Shown piece by piece: positions 28,054 through 28,209 of a DNA stretch of 28,209 bases. A program made the position numbers and the translations under genes. The notes beneath the pieces were generated by a model that worked only from the letters and a program-made list of their open reading frames with translations, had not been told where the DNA came from and ran no database searches. Numbering within the stretch: position 1 is the first letter of the stretch; each line of letters begins with the position of its first letter. The DNA is from Bacteroidia bacterium (GTDB taxonomy: Bacteria; Bacteroidota; Bacteroidia; AKYH767-A; OLB10): positions 1-28,209 of the forward strand of contig JBIIRF010000001.1 in assembly GCA_044341715.1 (NCBI GenBank), read 5' to 3'.

Positions 28054-28209
28054 TTACCCCTTCGCCGAATAAATTTCTATTAACCGCCTGGAAATTGCTT
28101 TCCAGTTAAACTCATTACTCACCATCTCCCGGGCACGTTCCCCCAACAGCGGATGCTCCTTCTCTTTATACATCTTCAAAAAAGTAAACAAGGCCTTCTC
28201 GATACTCTT
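28054..28209 (-). CDS. C-terminal fragment of a probable GT4 glycosyltransferase (5' end outside the window)
   Basis: Manual translation KSIEKALFTFLKMYKEKEHPLLGERAREMVSNEFNWKAISRRLIEIYSAKG*, a typical GT-B terminus. The stop is 1 nt before the wzy ATG. Confidence 0.75.
   Translation of the reverse strand, partial: KSIEKALFTFLKMYKEKEHPLLGERAREMVSNEFNWKAISRRLIEIYSAKG

Overview
Bacteroidota-type chromosomal segment, judged from T9SS C-terminal domains, a PorP/SprF protein and TAnnTTTG promoter boxes. The left part (1-12.6 kb) holds mixed genes: a T9SS-tagged serine hydrolase interrupted by one in-frame TAG, MarR, a CDGSH Fe-S protein, a beta-propeller protein, a TPR sensor kinase/NarL pair, fructosamine kinase, a YbdL-like aminotransferase and a YafV-like amidase separated by a LipL32 homolog, and an M28 peptidase. 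The right part (12.7-28.2 kb, all minus strand, mostly translationally coupled) is the distal part of a surface-polysaccharide locus: GT4 enzymes, a Wzy/WaaL-like protein, an APH-type kinase, a nucleotidyltransferase-like/thymidylate-kinase-like fusion, a methyltransferase, an acetyltransferase and WecA. Embedded in it are an NHL/Ig/PKD type-B T9SS cargo protein and a PorP/SprF barrel fused to a TSP3/OmpA peptidoglycan-binding domain. I saw no rRNA, tRNA, CRISPR array or mobile element. All family calls come from motif recognition by eye; no database search was run.
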